DNA from: a virus
Lineage: Duplodnaviria; Heunggongvirae; Uroviricota; Caudoviricetes; Straboviridae
Length of the DNA: 64,000 bases
Reading direction: 5' to 3' (one strand)
Virus record (IMG/VR): IMGVR_UViG_638275429_000001
Location: 23,740 to 87,739 of that record
Part shown: in pieces, positions 1 through 9,609 of the stretch
How the letters are laid out: each line of letters starts with the position of its first letter
Numbering within the stretch: position 1 is the stretch's first letter
The notes under the pieces: model-generated
What the model saw: only the letters and a program-made list of their open reading frames with translations
Database searches by the model: none
What the model was told of the DNA's origin: nothing
Translations under genes and position numbers: made by a program

Positions 1-922
1 TATATTGAACATGGATTTCAATATTTGCTGCTTGCCCATACAATTGGTTGTTTTCACCGATAATTTCATACATTCTGATTTTTGAAGGACCATTCACCAG
101 CGGATAAAGAGTGTTTGCCAGACGACTTACAAAACCGGAATAGTCGGTGGTATATTGGGTAGCCATCGCGCGAAGATTTTTGATATCTCTTGCTTTGATA
201 GCTTCAACGACTTGGTCGATATCGTTTCGAGTGTTAAGAACGAGGCTCAAAATACCCGAGTCGATTTTGCCTTCAGACGCGTAGAAATCCATCTCATTCA
301 CGGTTTTACGGAAGTCTGGGAAGTTCTTTTTCACCAGGGCAGCAATAACCTTACGATCTTCGACTTCGATATTTTCAGCTGCACATATTTCTTCAGCCCG
401 AACAATCATCTGTTTCATCATGTTGATTTTGTCAGATTGATCTGCTTTACCGAACTGGATAACACGGCAACGAGATTGCAGAGCGGGAATAATTCCACCC
501 AGGTCGTTAGCGGTGATAATGAAAGTACAGTTCTTTGAGTGTGCTTCCATGAAAGAACGCAGGTGACGCTGAGAATCGGCAAGACCAGCACGGTCGAATT
601 CATCAACGATAATTACCTTACCACCTTTGCAGAAGGTTTTTGAACTGGCAAACGGCGTCATTACGTCACGAACAAAGTCGATTTTCGCGTCAGCTCCGTT
701 AACAAAGAGGAATTCGGCATCAATTTCGGCTACTAGAGCTCGGGCAACAGTTGTTTTGCCAGTACCAGGAGAAGGGGAGTGCAGGATAATATTCGGAATA
801 CGTCCAGATTTTACGATCGCTTTGAAAATCTTTTTATCGTGCTCCGGCAGGATGCACTCATCAATATTGCCGGGACGATATTTGTTTTCAAACATGAATT
901 CGCCGTGATTAACAGTCAGCAT
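1..922 (-). CDS. 44: gp44 clamp-loader (sliding clamp loader large subunit), 5'-partial in window (C-terminus beyond window start)
   Basis: Reverse translation from ATG at 922-920 gives MLTVNHGEFMFENKYRPGNIDECILPEHDKKIFKAIVKSGRIPNIILHSP..., collinear with T4 gp44 N-terminus (EQKYRPSTIDECILP...GKIPHIILHSPSPGTGKT); GAGGAA SD upstream; synteny 45->44. Confidence 0.85.
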   Translation of the reverse strand, partial: MLTVNHGEFMFENKYRPGNIDECILPEHDKKIFKAIVKSGRIPNIILHSPSPGTGKTTVARALVAEIDAEFLFVNGADAKIDFVRDVMTPFASSKTFCKGGKVIIVDEFDRAGLADSQRHLRSFMEAHSKNCTFIITANDLGGIIPALQSRCRVIQFGKADQSDKINMMKQMIVRAEEICAAENIEVEDRKVIAALVKKNFPDFRKTVNEMDFYASEGKIDSGILSLVLNTRNDIDQVVEAIKARDIKNLRAMATQYTTDYSGFVSRLANTLYPLVNGPSKIRMYEIIGENNQLYGQAANIEIHVQY

Positions 923-940
923 ATTAAAATTCCTCATTCA

Positions 941-968
941 AATTAAAAAGTGGGCTTTTACACCCACT
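941..968 (-). terminator. Rho-independent terminator-like hairpin between gene 45 and gene 44
   Basis: On minus strand GTGGGTGTAAAAGCCCAC followed by TTTTTAATTT. Confidence 0.55.
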
Positions 969-993
969 ACAGTATCACACTAGGAGTATTCGA

Positions 994-1665
994 TTAAAAG
1001 TCGTGCTTTGAACTGGTTTCCAGTACGAAGACGTAGGAGGAATTGATTCCTTGGAACTGAGCAGCTCCTTTGGAAGAGATGTTGATCTTGTAATCAGCGA
1101 TAACAACACTGACGTTGTCCAGGTTGATTACGAAACTGAAGTTGTTTGTACCTTCATAAGCGCACAGTTGAACAGAATAACGAGTCCGAGGATTGTCACC
1201 ATCAGCTTCGGAGAAGGTATCAACCACAATATGGTCATCTCGGTTGGTAATTGCCATGCGATCTGCACCAACTGCACGGGAGATTTTCAGAATCTCAGCA
1301 AGGTCTTCGGCTTTCAGATCGAATTCAACATCCGGAGGTGGCATACGCAGCCGTTGCTTAGGTACGATAATTGCATTACCTTCGGCATCAGGCAGGTTTA
1401 CTTTGGCACGACCATTGTGGATAACGATATCGCCGTTGGACAGAGTGATTTCAGAACCATCACCCAGTTGGCCCAGGATGGACAGGAAATTGGGCAGATC
1501 GTAGATATTCAGTTCAGAATCGATCTCATCGGCGATGGTTGCTTCGGCATAAGCTACGCCGTTAATGGATTTGGTCATGATGAAATCACCAGGTACCAGT
1601 CGCAGGGACGGGTTAATGGCTGCGAAGTTTTTCATGATGCTCAGAGTTTCTTTGGACAGTTTCAT
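994..1665 (-). CDS. 45: gp45 sliding clamp (processivity factor / late transcription co-activator)
   Basis: 223 aa; MKLSKETLSIMKNFAAINPSLRLVPGDFIMTKSINGVAYAEA... closely parallels T4 gp45 N-terminus; position between rpbA-like ORF and gene 44. Confidence 0.9.
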   Translation of the reverse strand: MKLSKETLSIMKNFAAINPSLRLVPGDFIMTKSINGVAYAEATIADEIDSELNIYDLPNFLSILGQLGDGSEITLSNGDIVIHNGRAKVNLPDAEGNAIIVPKQRLRMPPPDVEFDLKAEDLAEILKISRAVGADRMAITNRDDHIVVDTFSEADGDNPRTRYSVQLCAYEGTNNFSFVINLDNVSVVIADYKINISSKGAAQFQGINSSYVFVLETSSKHDF

Positions 1666-1722
1666 ATCAATTTCCTTTATCGTTTAGATGATTATTCTAT
1701 ATCAATTATTTGAATGGCGAAC

Positions 1723-2076
1723 TTAATAGTCCGCCATTACCATTTCAGCTGCAGTAATAATCAGCTCGTCAGTGTCGTACTGGAATTGCTTGGCAAAAAC
1801 CGGTTTATCGTTCATGCCCTTGACATGATATCCGCCGTTAGCCAGAATCATCGCTCGGCGACGTTGGAGAAGATCGACATACATATCGCGAACCAGGTTA
1901 TCGATTTCAGCATAAAGCTCGAAACGAACACTTTGTTCAATCGCTTGCAATTGATTTGCTCTGACATCGGAGATATTCGCGACCCAGGCTTTACGGATTT
2001 TCACGGAGGTTTCATAGATGTTGTCGGACAGCGGACGGATATCGGCAGGTACTACGACAATAGCTTGGTTACGCAT
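1723..2076 (-). CDS. RpbA-position ORF (RNA polymerase binding protein A-like), by synteny only
   Basis: 117 aa ORF immediately upstream of gene 45 in transcription order, as rpbA in T4; no motif check possible. Confidence 0.4.
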   Translation of the reverse strand: MRNQAIVVVPADIRPLSDNIYETSVKIRKAWVANISDVRANQLQAIEQSVRFELYAEIDNLVRDMYVDLLQRRRAMILANGGYHVKGMNDKPVFAKQFQYDTDELIITAAEMVMADY

Positions 2077-2134
2077 AATTTTTCCTCATTCATTATTTGG
2101 AGTGTGTATTTTAACACGTTATTTCAATTGCAAA

Positions 2135-2323
2135 TCATTGATCTGGAAATATTTCGGTCAAATTGTAATACGAATGCCTATTTGACCGAAGTTTTCGAAT
2201 ATCTGCCTCCGAAAAGGCAGATTTCAGATCTTCATCAGTAACGACAACTCGAAGGTGCCCGGTCTCATCGGTTAATTCATAACTTCGAATTTCCGGTGTG
2301 GTTTGTGGCAAATTATAAAACAT
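2135..2323 (-). CDS. gp45.2-position small ORF (62 aa)
   Basis: Same length and position as T4 45.2 between 46 and rpbA; overlaps gp46 stop. Confidence 0.4.
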   Translation of the reverse strand: MFYNLPQTTPEIRSYELTDETGHLRVVVTDEDLKSAFSEADIRKLRSNRHSYYNLTEIFPDQ

Positions 2324-4025
2324 TGAATATTACCTCCTCCATAACGCTTGTTCTTCCGAGCTTCGACATTTTAACATGCCGGTCGAAATTCTGCGGATCA
2401 TGGTCACCATGCGAAATAATTAAAACATTGGCTTTCATTTTATCGATGATGGAGAATACAGCGCCTTGGGCATCTGTATCGGAAGGGCCGTCAAATACTT
2501 CATCCATAAACAAAGCATTAACATCAACGCCTGAAACTTCGGATGCGAGATCGCGCCAGGCGAACATAACAGCCATATCGATTCGAGCTTTTTCGCCTTG
2601 AGAGAAGCTGTTGTATGAGAATGTACTTCGTCCAGCAGATTTTATCACTTCTTTGAATTCAGCGTCCAAAGTAAATCCAAAATCAGCTTCCATGATTTCG
2701 AGATAATGGGCAATTCGATTGTTGAAATATGGAATATAACGGGCCATTATCACAGCCTTTATTCCAGAGTCTTTCAAAAGATCGCTGATCATGCTCCGCT
2801 GGTGTTTCTCGCGCTCAATTTCTGATTTGGTGTTAATCTTTGCAACCAATTCGTCGTTAAGTTTGGTGATTTCGCCGGTGTAATCGGGGCGAGCAGCTTG
2901 CAGGCGCTCGATGGCAGCTTTTGCGGCTTTCGCCTGGTTAACATACAATGAAATAGATTGTTTTTCATTGTTAAGCTGTGTTTGAACATCACGGAATCGA
3001 ACAGTTGCTTCATTATACTCGACCATCTGTTGGTTGAGCTCTTCAATCCGATCATCAGCTTTATCTAGTTGACCTTGGATGACTGACATCTTATCATGTA
3101 ATTTTGTCAGCAGATCAGGATCATCAAATTGTTGCATGCACGTTGGGCAAACACCGCCATCTTCATGCATGTGGGCGATACCGGCAAATTGTTCTTTCTG
3201 GGCAGCTGCTTTCGCTCTGGCCATAGTGAATTTGCCGAGGTCATTGGCCGGCGACTCGGGCATCTCGAAGTTTGTTAATTGCTCTGTCAGAGAGTCAATA
3301 ATCGATTTGATTTGTTTCGCTTTGTCTCTTGCTTCTTCGAATACCGCCTGATGATCAGCTACAGCAGCGTCGTTGGAAGCATTCGAGTTGTTCTGGTGAT
3401 CGTGGTAGGTTTTCAGCTGGGTGTTAATATGATTTATTGTCACATCTACACTGGCGATCTCCTGGTTGAGCTCCTTAATCCTGGCCTTATTGAGCTTGTC
3501 CATCTGAGCCAGAACCGAAACTTCCAGCAAATCTTCAACCAACTTGCGGCGTTCAGGTGCTTTCAATTGCATGAACGGTGTATAGCCGGCAGTTCCGAGT
3601 ACAACGATCTGCTTAAAACTGGTAGCATTCATCCCGATCATTTCTTCGAAGTACGCTTGGAAGTCTTTTATCGAGGCTGCTGCATCTACCTGAGCGCCGT
3701 CACAAGTGATGGCGAATTTATTTGGCTTAATGCCGCGGGTGATGTGGTAGACCTTTTCTTCATACTCCAACCAAAGTTCAACCAACATGTTTTTACCGGT
3801 ATTCTCGTTTATCAGTTGGTTTTTGGTGATATCGCGAAACGGTTTGCCGAATAGAGCAAAGTAAATTGCTTCTAACATGGTTGACTTACCAGCTCCGTTT
3901 TTACCGGTGCAAAGTGTCTTGGCGTATTCGTTTAGAGTAAGATCGATCGGCTCATCGCCGACCGACATAATGTTCTTATAGCGAACCCGAATAAAATCAA
4001 GTTGCTTCTTTTTGATATCGATCAT
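2313..4025 (-). CDS. 46: gp46 recombination endonuclease subunit (SbcC/Rad50-like ATPase)
   Basis: 570 aa; Walker A GKNGAGKSTMLEAIYFALFG at N-terminus, long coiled-coil middle, C-terminal signature/Walker B (LISHGD); translationally coupled to gp47. Confidence 0.9.
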   Translation of the reverse strand: MIDIKKKQLDFIRVRYKNIMSVGDEPIDLTLNEYAKTLCTGKNGAGKSTMLEAIYFALFGKPFRDITKNQLINENTGKNMLVELWLEYEEKVYHITRGIKPNKFAITCDGAQVDAAASIKDFQAYFEEMIGMNATSFKQIVVLGTAGYTPFMQLKAPERRKLVEDLLEVSVLAQMDKLNKARIKELNQEIASVDVTINHINTQLKTYHDHQNNSNASNDAAVADHQAVFEEARDKAKQIKSIIDSLTEQLTNFEMPESPANDLGKFTMARAKAAAQKEQFAGIAHMHEDGGVCPTCMQQFDDPDLLTKLHDKMSVIQGQLDKADDRIEELNQQMVEYNEATVRFRDVQTQLNNEKQSISLYVNQAKAAKAAIERLQAARPDYTGEITKLNDELVAKINTKSEIEREKHQRSMISDLLKDSGIKAVIMARYIPYFNNRIAHYLEIMEADFGFTLDAEFKEVIKSAGRSTFSYNSFSQGEKARIDMAVMFAWRDLASEVSGVDVNALFMDEVFDGPSDTDAQGAVFSIIDKMKANVLIISHGDHDPQNFDRHVKMSKLGRTSVMEEVIFNVL

Positions 4026-5089
4026 AATGTACTTGCCTCCGCATACAGTTCATTAGCCATCATTATAATTGCATCTTTGTGATCGGTATCAATCGCTGAA
4101 TTTTTTACCGTTTCAGCAAACAAGCCCATAATCGTTTTAGGTCCTTCTGAGATAGAAGCAGCCTGGACGTCTATGGTTTCGCCGTCATCAGAGATATCAG
4201 TCGAAGAATCAACTTCAACCTTAACAGCTTTATTAATCGTTCTCAGATCATGAACGACCCGTGAAAGAAGGAATTCAACCTTGGTTAAACCGGCATCTAC
4301 TTCATTTGCGATAAGTCGGACTGAGCATCCACTGCAAGAGCGAATTTCTTCCGGCGTTACACCCGGATAAGTAAGTCGCTTATGCCAAGTCTTGGCGTTT
4401 GGAACAAACTCGAAATCGCGCGTCTCGGTGTCGAGAATCCAGAATCCTCGTGGTTCATCCTCATCACCAGCAGTGATTGTGTATGGTGTCCCAATATAGT
4501 GAATATTGCCACCATCTGATTGTGTGTGGAAGTGGCCAGACACAACCTTCTCATATTTCTTCAAAAAATCAGCGCTGTAACCAGAGCTTGGTATGTTTTT
4601 GTAGAAATAGAAACCACTTAGTTCCCAGTGGCCGAGACACCACGGTGAATCGCTTTTCTTGACGAACTCGAAAATATCAGAAGCGTTTTCTTTGCACATC
4701 CACGGAATAAGGTCGTAGTCCAAACCTTCAAAGTTGACGGTAGTTGGCTCATCGATAACAACGTAGGTGTCGTCTTTGCCGAGAATTTCTGTTACGCTGT
4801 TTGGATGAATCCGATCTTTTTTCTGCATATCATGGTTTCCCACGATAACAAAGCAGGTGATTCCAGCTTCTTTCAACTTTGGAGTAAGCCGTGTCCGAAC
4901 AAAGTTCATAGTGCGTTGTGAAACAGCCTTGCGGACATCAAAGAAGTCGCCTGATTGAAGCCATTGGGTTATGCCATTAGCTTTCGAATAATCGATGGCC
5001 TGCACGAACGCATGTTCGACGATATCTTCATGCCACGGGTCATCATCTTTGACACCATTATGAAGGTCGCCCAGATGCAGAATTTTCAT
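4022..5089 (-). CDS. 47: gp47 recombination endonuclease subunit (SbcD/Mre11-like nuclease)
   Basis: 355 aa; MKILHLGDLHNG... calcineurin-like phosphoesterase motifs (GDLH, GNHD, GHxH). Confidence 0.9.
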   Translation of the reverse strand: MKILHLGDLHNGVKDDDPWHEDIVEHAFVQAIDYSKANGITQWLQSGDFFDVRKAVSQRTMNFVRTRLTPKLKEAGITCFVIVGNHDMQKKDRIHPNSVTEILGKDDTYVVIDEPTTVNFEGLDYDLIPWMCKENASDIFEFVKKSDSPWCLGHWELSGFYFYKNIPSSGYSADFLKKYEKVVSGHFHTQSDGGNIHYIGTPYTITAGDEDEPRGFWILDTETRDFEFVPNAKTWHKRLTYPGVTPEEIRSCSGCSVRLIANEVDAGLTKVEFLLSRVVHDLRTINKAVKVEVDSSTDISDDGETIDVQAASISEGPKTIMGLFAETVKNSAIDTDHKDAIIMMANELYAEASTL

Positions 5090-5139
5090 AATTTCCTCAC
5101 ATTGTTATACAAAAATAGGCTCCGTAGAGCCTATTATAA

Positions 5140-5532
5140 TCACAGGGAACAAACTGGAACAGTCTGCTGATGATATTCTACATCAGATTGAATTGTTGGT
5201 GCAGTCGACAGGGATTTTGCCATATCAACGATCTGCGCTCGGCTTGTTTCAAACATGGTAATCATTGCGTGCTTTGGCAGGAGTTTCTGCTTATACAGAG
5301 TCCGGAGTTTGTCAATAGCATAGACATATTGTTCTTTGTTATTCGCAAACAATGCTCGCTCTGCATGCTTTTTCAGACGCTTAATTTCGCGGCCGTGAGT
5401 TTTGAGATGCTTTGCAGCCTGTTTTTCGGCTTGTTTCTCGATTCGATCTTGCATTTCAAGGAGTTCTTGGTCGAAAGAACTGCTCAATTCTTCTTCACCG
5501 GTGCTAAGATCTACTTCGTAATCAGGCGACAT
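5140..5532 (-). CDS. hypothetical protein (130 aa, charged/coiled)
   Basis: ORF between gene 47 and gene 55 where T4 carries a-gt/47.1; no recognisable motif. Confidence 0.45.
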   Translation of the reverse strand: MSPDYEVDLSTGEEELSSSFDQELLEMQDRIEKQAEKQAAKHLKTHGREIKRLKKHAERALFANNKEQYVYAIDKLRTLYKQKLLPKHAMITMFETSRAQIVDMAKSLSTAPTIQSDVEYHQQTVPVCSL

Positions 5533-5746
5533 ATTCTATCTCCATTGTCATAGTTTCTGCGTCGATATGCCAGTCAAGTTGACCGGATGTTACTTCAAAT
5601 GGTTGCCACGAAATATTCATGGGATTTATTTCTACAGGTATTTTATAATCCCGCATTTGTAGCTTAACAAAATATGACATCAAATCAACTTCTCCGCACA
5701 CGGAGTCAAAAAGAGATTCAAGATCAAGTTTCAGGTTCGTCTTCAT
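5522..5746 (-). CDS. hypothetical small protein (start uncertain)
   Basis: ORF overlapping 3' end of gene 55; internal Met MKTNLKL chosen. Confidence 0.25.
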   Translation of the reverse strand: MKTNLKLDLESLFDSVCGEVDLMSYFVKLQMRDYKIPVEINPMNISWQPFEVTSGQLDWHIDAETMTMEIEYVA

Positions 5747-6242
5747 AAAAATTATCCAGGTTGGGGAGCTCCGGTTTGTCCTTCTTTTTTGACTTAATCG
5801 AAGCTTCGTATACGACAAGTTTATCGTGGATATCTTGAATGAAACCTTCATCAGCTATCCGCGACATATCGGAGTCGTGTTCGTCATAAACGTTAGTGAG
5901 GAAGTAGCGATACTTTGTTGCCATTTCCCGTTTTTCGCTTTTGATATATCCGATAAAAGCGTTAAAACAAGCCTGGGTGATATACGCGTGCGGATTTTTG
6001 TAGTTGTGTTCATCAAAGTTGACTAGACCCTTAATGACTGATTCAACGGCGTCTGCGACCATTCCGTCTTTCCAGTTTTGGGTATAGCCGGTAAATTTCC
6101 AATAACCCGTAAAGCCTTTCGCGATTTTCAAAATGTCGATACCGATCGAATCAGGCATCTTAATGTGATGTCCGGCTTCTCTCATATCTTGTTTCCATTT
6201 ACAAATATTTTGGTAAAGGGCTTTGTTGTCAACATAGTTCAT
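5724..6242 (-). CDS. 55: gp55 late-transcription sigma factor
   Basis: 172 aa; ...[27 protein letters not shown]... nearly identical block to T4 gp55 ([27 protein letters not shown]). Confidence 0.93.
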   Translation of the reverse strand: [172 protein letters not shown]

Positions 6243-6316
6243 AGGGTGTTCCTCCTATGAATGATTATATCATACCTGTAGGCTTGCTGAACTTATTTAA
6301 GTCTGCCTGGCTTCCA

Positions 6317-6424
6317 GGTTTGGCTCTGCCAAACTAGCATTTTTATCCTTTAAGGCCTAATAGATTATATAACCTAAAGGATAAAAAGGATAAATTCGAG
6401 CGAAGCTCGAACTGGCGAAGCCAG
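6317..6424. repeat. 108-bp perfect inverted repeat, copy A (partner at 52354-52461)
   Basis: ggtttggctctgccaaactagcatttttatcctttaaggcctaatagattatataacctaaaggataaaaaggataaattcgagcgaagctcgaactggcgaagccag; reverse complement is identical to 52354-52461; contains three short hairpins and a TTATATAA core. Confidence 0.9.
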
Positions 6425-6532
6425 GTATTTTCGGTTTAACCAGGTTTGAACAAGCTAGCAAGCCAATAGATTAGTAATGTGATTATTCAGGTGATTGCTG
6501 GTAAATCAGCAGTTCAATATACGACAAAGGCC

Positions 6533-7972
6533 TCACTTGGAGGCCTTCTTCCTTGCTTTTTCTCTAATTTTGATTATCCAATCTTGAACCAGCTCTTGAT
6601 CTTCCGGCGAATTGATGTCTAGAATTCGGCCCAGTTTACGCAGAAGATATTTGTAAGAGAACCGTTCTTTTTCGGTCATTTGATAAAGCGCCTGAAATGA
6701 CTCGCGGTTTCGTTTTATTTGCTTATGGTTGGCTATCGAATCACCGACACATATCTCCGCGTCTGGCAAATATCTCAACATGTATTTCGCCAATTTCATA
6801 TCTGGCACATACAAATTTATCGGTTTGAGAGAATGCTCATTGCGAATATCACAACGGGCGCACAGTTGAAACGCCGGTTCTAGATACTTCGAAACAATAT
6901 AAGCGTCCACTAGTGCATTTTCATCCAATCCAACGACACTTGATAACTCCTTTAGAATCGGAACTTGCCAAGGTGCAGGGTTGTACGAAAAAAGAACCAC
7001 AACATTCGTATGATCGGAATAGTTGTTTAACCCGTGTGGGTTATAAGGAACTTCAATTCCTTTCGGCATCCTCGGACGATATGAGTTTCGGGTGTAAATG
7101 AACTCGCCATTTATCAATGTGTCCAACATGTTTTCGATTCTGGTGTAGTTTGATATACCGTCGACTTCTTTATCGGCTTTGTATCTCGACCAATCGTCGT
7201 CAAACATTACATTGATCTTTACCCGCGCCGTTTTCGGATATACATGGAACGCCAGTCGATTTTTCAACGGAGACTCTTCAAATTCCCATCCGTTAAAATG
7301 CTTCATAACCATGCCGGTAAAAGTTTGTTCGAAGTTTGCTGAGCACACAGTTATTGATTTGAACTTTGACCAATCATCGCTGGAGGCATCGTTCACATAG
7401 TAGCATTGGGTAACACCACCTTCAACCGACAATCGCACTGGCACCCCGGTCAAAAGCGCCTTGTATAATGGGAAAAGAGTCGAATAAATGTCATCGGTTC
7501 CGCGATAGCCATCCAAAGCCATTTTGTTTACTGCTTTTCTATATTCCTCACGAAGCTCCAGCAATCCGGATTCATCTATTTTGCACAACTCAAGTATATG
7601 GCTCTCGACTGATGTCGTGAATGTGAATCGTTCAAAGCTCGTTAACTCTGGAACTTCGTCAATATACAGATTAAAATCTTTAAGCGAATCAATATTGCGT
7701 AATCCTAAAAGTGCAGCGTGCGTTATGAAAATGACATCATTTGACTCCGCCGCCTTCAACACCGCATCATGGACAGATTTTTGACCCTGTCGATTATCGG
7801 TGTCAACCAGTTCACCATCTCCGCCTAAGCCAATGAAATATTCAAACGACTGCTTTGAAAGCTGCCGAGATATGCTGGCGATGATAGCTTTTTCGTTGGT
7901 TTCAAAGATGTGGTTAAGAATAGCGGCAGTTTTGCCTGCCGCTGGAATGGCGGAGAGGGTGTATAGTTTCAC
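6533..7972 (-). CDS. P-loop NTPase of unknown function (479 aa)
   Basis: N-terminal Walker A AIPAAGKT, Walker B-like YIDEVPE; 4-nt overlap with upstream SLOG/DprA-like ORF. Confidence 0.55.
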   Translation of the reverse strand: MKLYTLSAIPAAGKTAAILNHIFETNEKAIIASISRQLSKQSFEYFIGLGGDGELVDTDNRQGQKSVHDAVLKAAESNDVIFITHAALLGLRNIDSLKDFNLYIDEVPELTSFERFTFTTSVESHILELCKIDESGLLELREEYRKAVNKMALDGYRGTDDIYSTLFPLYKALLTGVPVRLSVEGGVTQCYYVNDASSDDWSKFKSITVCSANFEQTFTGMVMKHFNGWEFEESPLKNRLAFHVYPKTARVKINVMFDDDWSRYKADKEVDGISNYTRIENMLDTLINGEFIYTRNSYRPRMPKGIEVPYNPHGLNNYSDHTNVVVLFSYNPAPWQVPILKELSSVVGLDENALVDAYIVSKYLEPAFQLCARCDIRNEHSLKPINLYVPDMKLAKYMLRYLPDAEICVGDSIANHKQIKRNRESFQALYQMTEKERFSYKYLLRKLGRILDINSPEDQELVQDWIIKIREKARKKASK

Positions 7973-8541
7973 AGGTCCAAAAATTCCTTTAGACGTTCAA
8001 TATCGAATTGGTTGTAGAGATTATAACACTCAACCCCATGTCGAAGCGCCAGTTGCCAAGCAGTATTTGTTCCACCTGAAACACCATCCGCCGTTGGAAT
8101 CGAATAGCAAACCAAGAAATCCGACGGCGTTTTCAGGTTGTAACCAAGAACTTGGAAGACATTGCGAGTATGCAATTGCTCGGCACCTCGACTGAGCGAC
8201 CCACCTTTCTTATACACCGGGTGAATCGTTTTCATGATTTCGAAAGCTTTCCAGCTATCGCCGCCGGTTATGATGTTATGGCGTTCATGCTTCGGGGCAA
8301 ATCGACCGTTAAAGCGTTTCCATGGAATATAGACATCAAATTCAGCATGGTTGTCGGGTTTGAGCTCGGGCGCTATCGCCAAAAATCCTTGCTCGAACGC
8401 ATCGTCAGCTCCATCAGCCCCACCAGAGCGGCCAGTATAACCGCGAACAGCCGCAACCGCGGCAATGTCTTTCATAAGCCGACAAATATGTTCGGGAGTC
8501 TCTCGACTCCCTATTCCGGTATAAAATGCCATCAGAACCAA
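7969..8541 (-). CDS. SLOG-superfamily (DprA/Smf-like Rossmann) protein
   Basis: 190 aa; FYTGIGSRETP ... RSGGADGADDAFEQGFL matches DprA/SLOG GSR and SGxAxGxDxxAH motifs. Confidence 0.55.
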   Translation of the reverse strand: MVLMAFYTGIGSRETPEHICRLMKDIAAVAAVRGYTGRSGGADGADDAFEQGFLAIAPELKPDNHAEFDVYIPWKRFNGRFAPKHERHNIITGGDSWKAFEIMKTIHPVYKKGGSLSRGAEQLHTRNVFQVLGYNLKTPSDFLVCYSIPTADGVSGGTNTAWQLALRHGVECYNLYNQFDIERLKEFLDL

Positions 8542-8786
8542 CCTATAACAGATGCACCAGTGGGCGTTTTAACTGTGTTGACGATATAACAAACATGGCG
8601 TTTGAGCTCGGCATACAGATCAGGATTGTATCCTTCAGCATGGAAAACGATATCAACACCTTCAAAATTTCTGAGGATGTGCATTTCCGACTCGCCTGGG
8701 CCTACGCGACCCGCGTTCTTTAGGTTTGCAATGTACTGATCGACTGGGCCTTTAGCACTGCTTTTAACAATTATTTTGAATTCCAT
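8532..8786 (-). CDS. hypothetical protein (84 aa)
   Basis: ORF in operon-like array. Confidence 0.4.
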   Translation of the reverse strand: MEFKIIVKSSAKGPVDQYIANLKNAGRVGPGESEMHILRNFEGVDIVFHAEGYNPDLYAELKRHVCYIVNTVKTPTGASVIGWF

Positions 8787-9301
8787 TAGATTTCCGGGGT
8801 CAGAGTGATTTTACGAAGTGCGTTTGAAACAACTTTGTTGTAATCGCGTTTAGGTAACTGCGCCATTTCAGCCTCAATAGATGCGAGTTCTGAAACAACG
8901 TTTGACAGAATTCGTGCCAAGTCATTAACCAACAACTTTTTAGACGATATTCGTATTTCCAGATAGTCTCGTGCTGGTGTATGCTCAACAATTTTGCGAA
9001 GCTCTTTGAATGTGAAAGCCTCAGCCAAATATTGATCGGTTTCGCCGACGTCGGCTGAAATAAATGCAATGTTTTGTGAAACAAAGCCATTGCCGGATTC
9101 AGGCATCATAGCAAACTGAAACTTTTTGTATGGGTAAGTACCACAAAGCATAAATGCGTCAGTTACTACTGAAATAGATGAGCCGAGGTAATCGATTTCT
9201 GAAAAATCAAATTCAACGTCGGCATAAGCATATGAAAAGCATTTATTGCGCATTATATTTCTCTCAAATTTTTGGAAAATGACTCTCCACACCGGAGGCA
9301 T
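8786..9301 (-). CDS. hypothetical protein (171 aa)
   Basis: ORF. Confidence 0.45.
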   Translation of the reverse strand: MPPVWRVIFQKFERNIMRNKCFSYAYADVEFDFSEIDYLGSSISVVTDAFMLCGTYPYKKFQFAMMPESGNGFVSQNIAFISADVGETDQYLAEAFTFKELRKIVEHTPARDYLEIRISSKKLLVNDLARILSNVVSELASIEAEMAQLPKRDYNKVVSNALRKITLTPEI

Positions 9302-9609
9302 TTCAAAACAGCGAAAACGGAATTGCCATTAGTCACATAAGCGTCATGCGTGAATTTATGTATGCACCCGGAGTGCCAGAACGCATCGGCCAGATGCGTA
9401 ATTTGTTCCATTGCCGCTTTAACTTCTTCGTCGACTTCTTGGCACTTGTAAAGCATTACAAGGTTGCCTGGGCGAAATGAATTTGCTGTTGAAAGCTCTT
9501 CAACATTCGATAGTACGCCTTTATCACGTAGTACCTTGATCTGTGGCGCAATGACGATATTGTATTCATGCATAACGTTTAGATTCAAATTAATGTTGAA
9601 AATATTCAT
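9253..9609 (-). CDS. hypothetical protein (118 aa, Cys-containing)
   Basis: ORF. Confidence 0.4.
   Translation of the reverse strand: MNIFNINLNLNVMHEYNIVIAPQIKVLRDKGVLSNVEELSTANSFRPGNLVMLYKCQEVDEEVKAAMEQITHLADAFWHSGCIHKFTHDAYVTNGNSVFAVLKCLRCGESFSKNLREI

Noticed and set aside
155-1713. Plus-strand ORFs 155-538, 627-908, 1051-1713 and 1193-1504
   Set aside because: They lie antisense inside the clearly homologous gp44 and gp45 genes. They have no SD sequences and a low-complexity composition typical of antisense frames in AT-rich DNA.
3279-3854. Plus-strand 191-aa ORF inside gene 46, and similar antisense ORFs (for example 14414-15094 in nrdD, 19715-20152 in nadV, 31602-32177 in SPFH, 49218-49724, 57669-58133)
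   Set aside because: They are antisense to genes with strong homology or motif support, and most likely shadow ORFs.
8800-9090. Nested minus-strand ORF 8800-9090 and other nested ORFs (13368-13553, 22819-23016, 37796-37990, 40818-41048, 51399-51791)
   Set aside because: They are fully contained in longer ORFs in other frames, which have better motif or synteny support.
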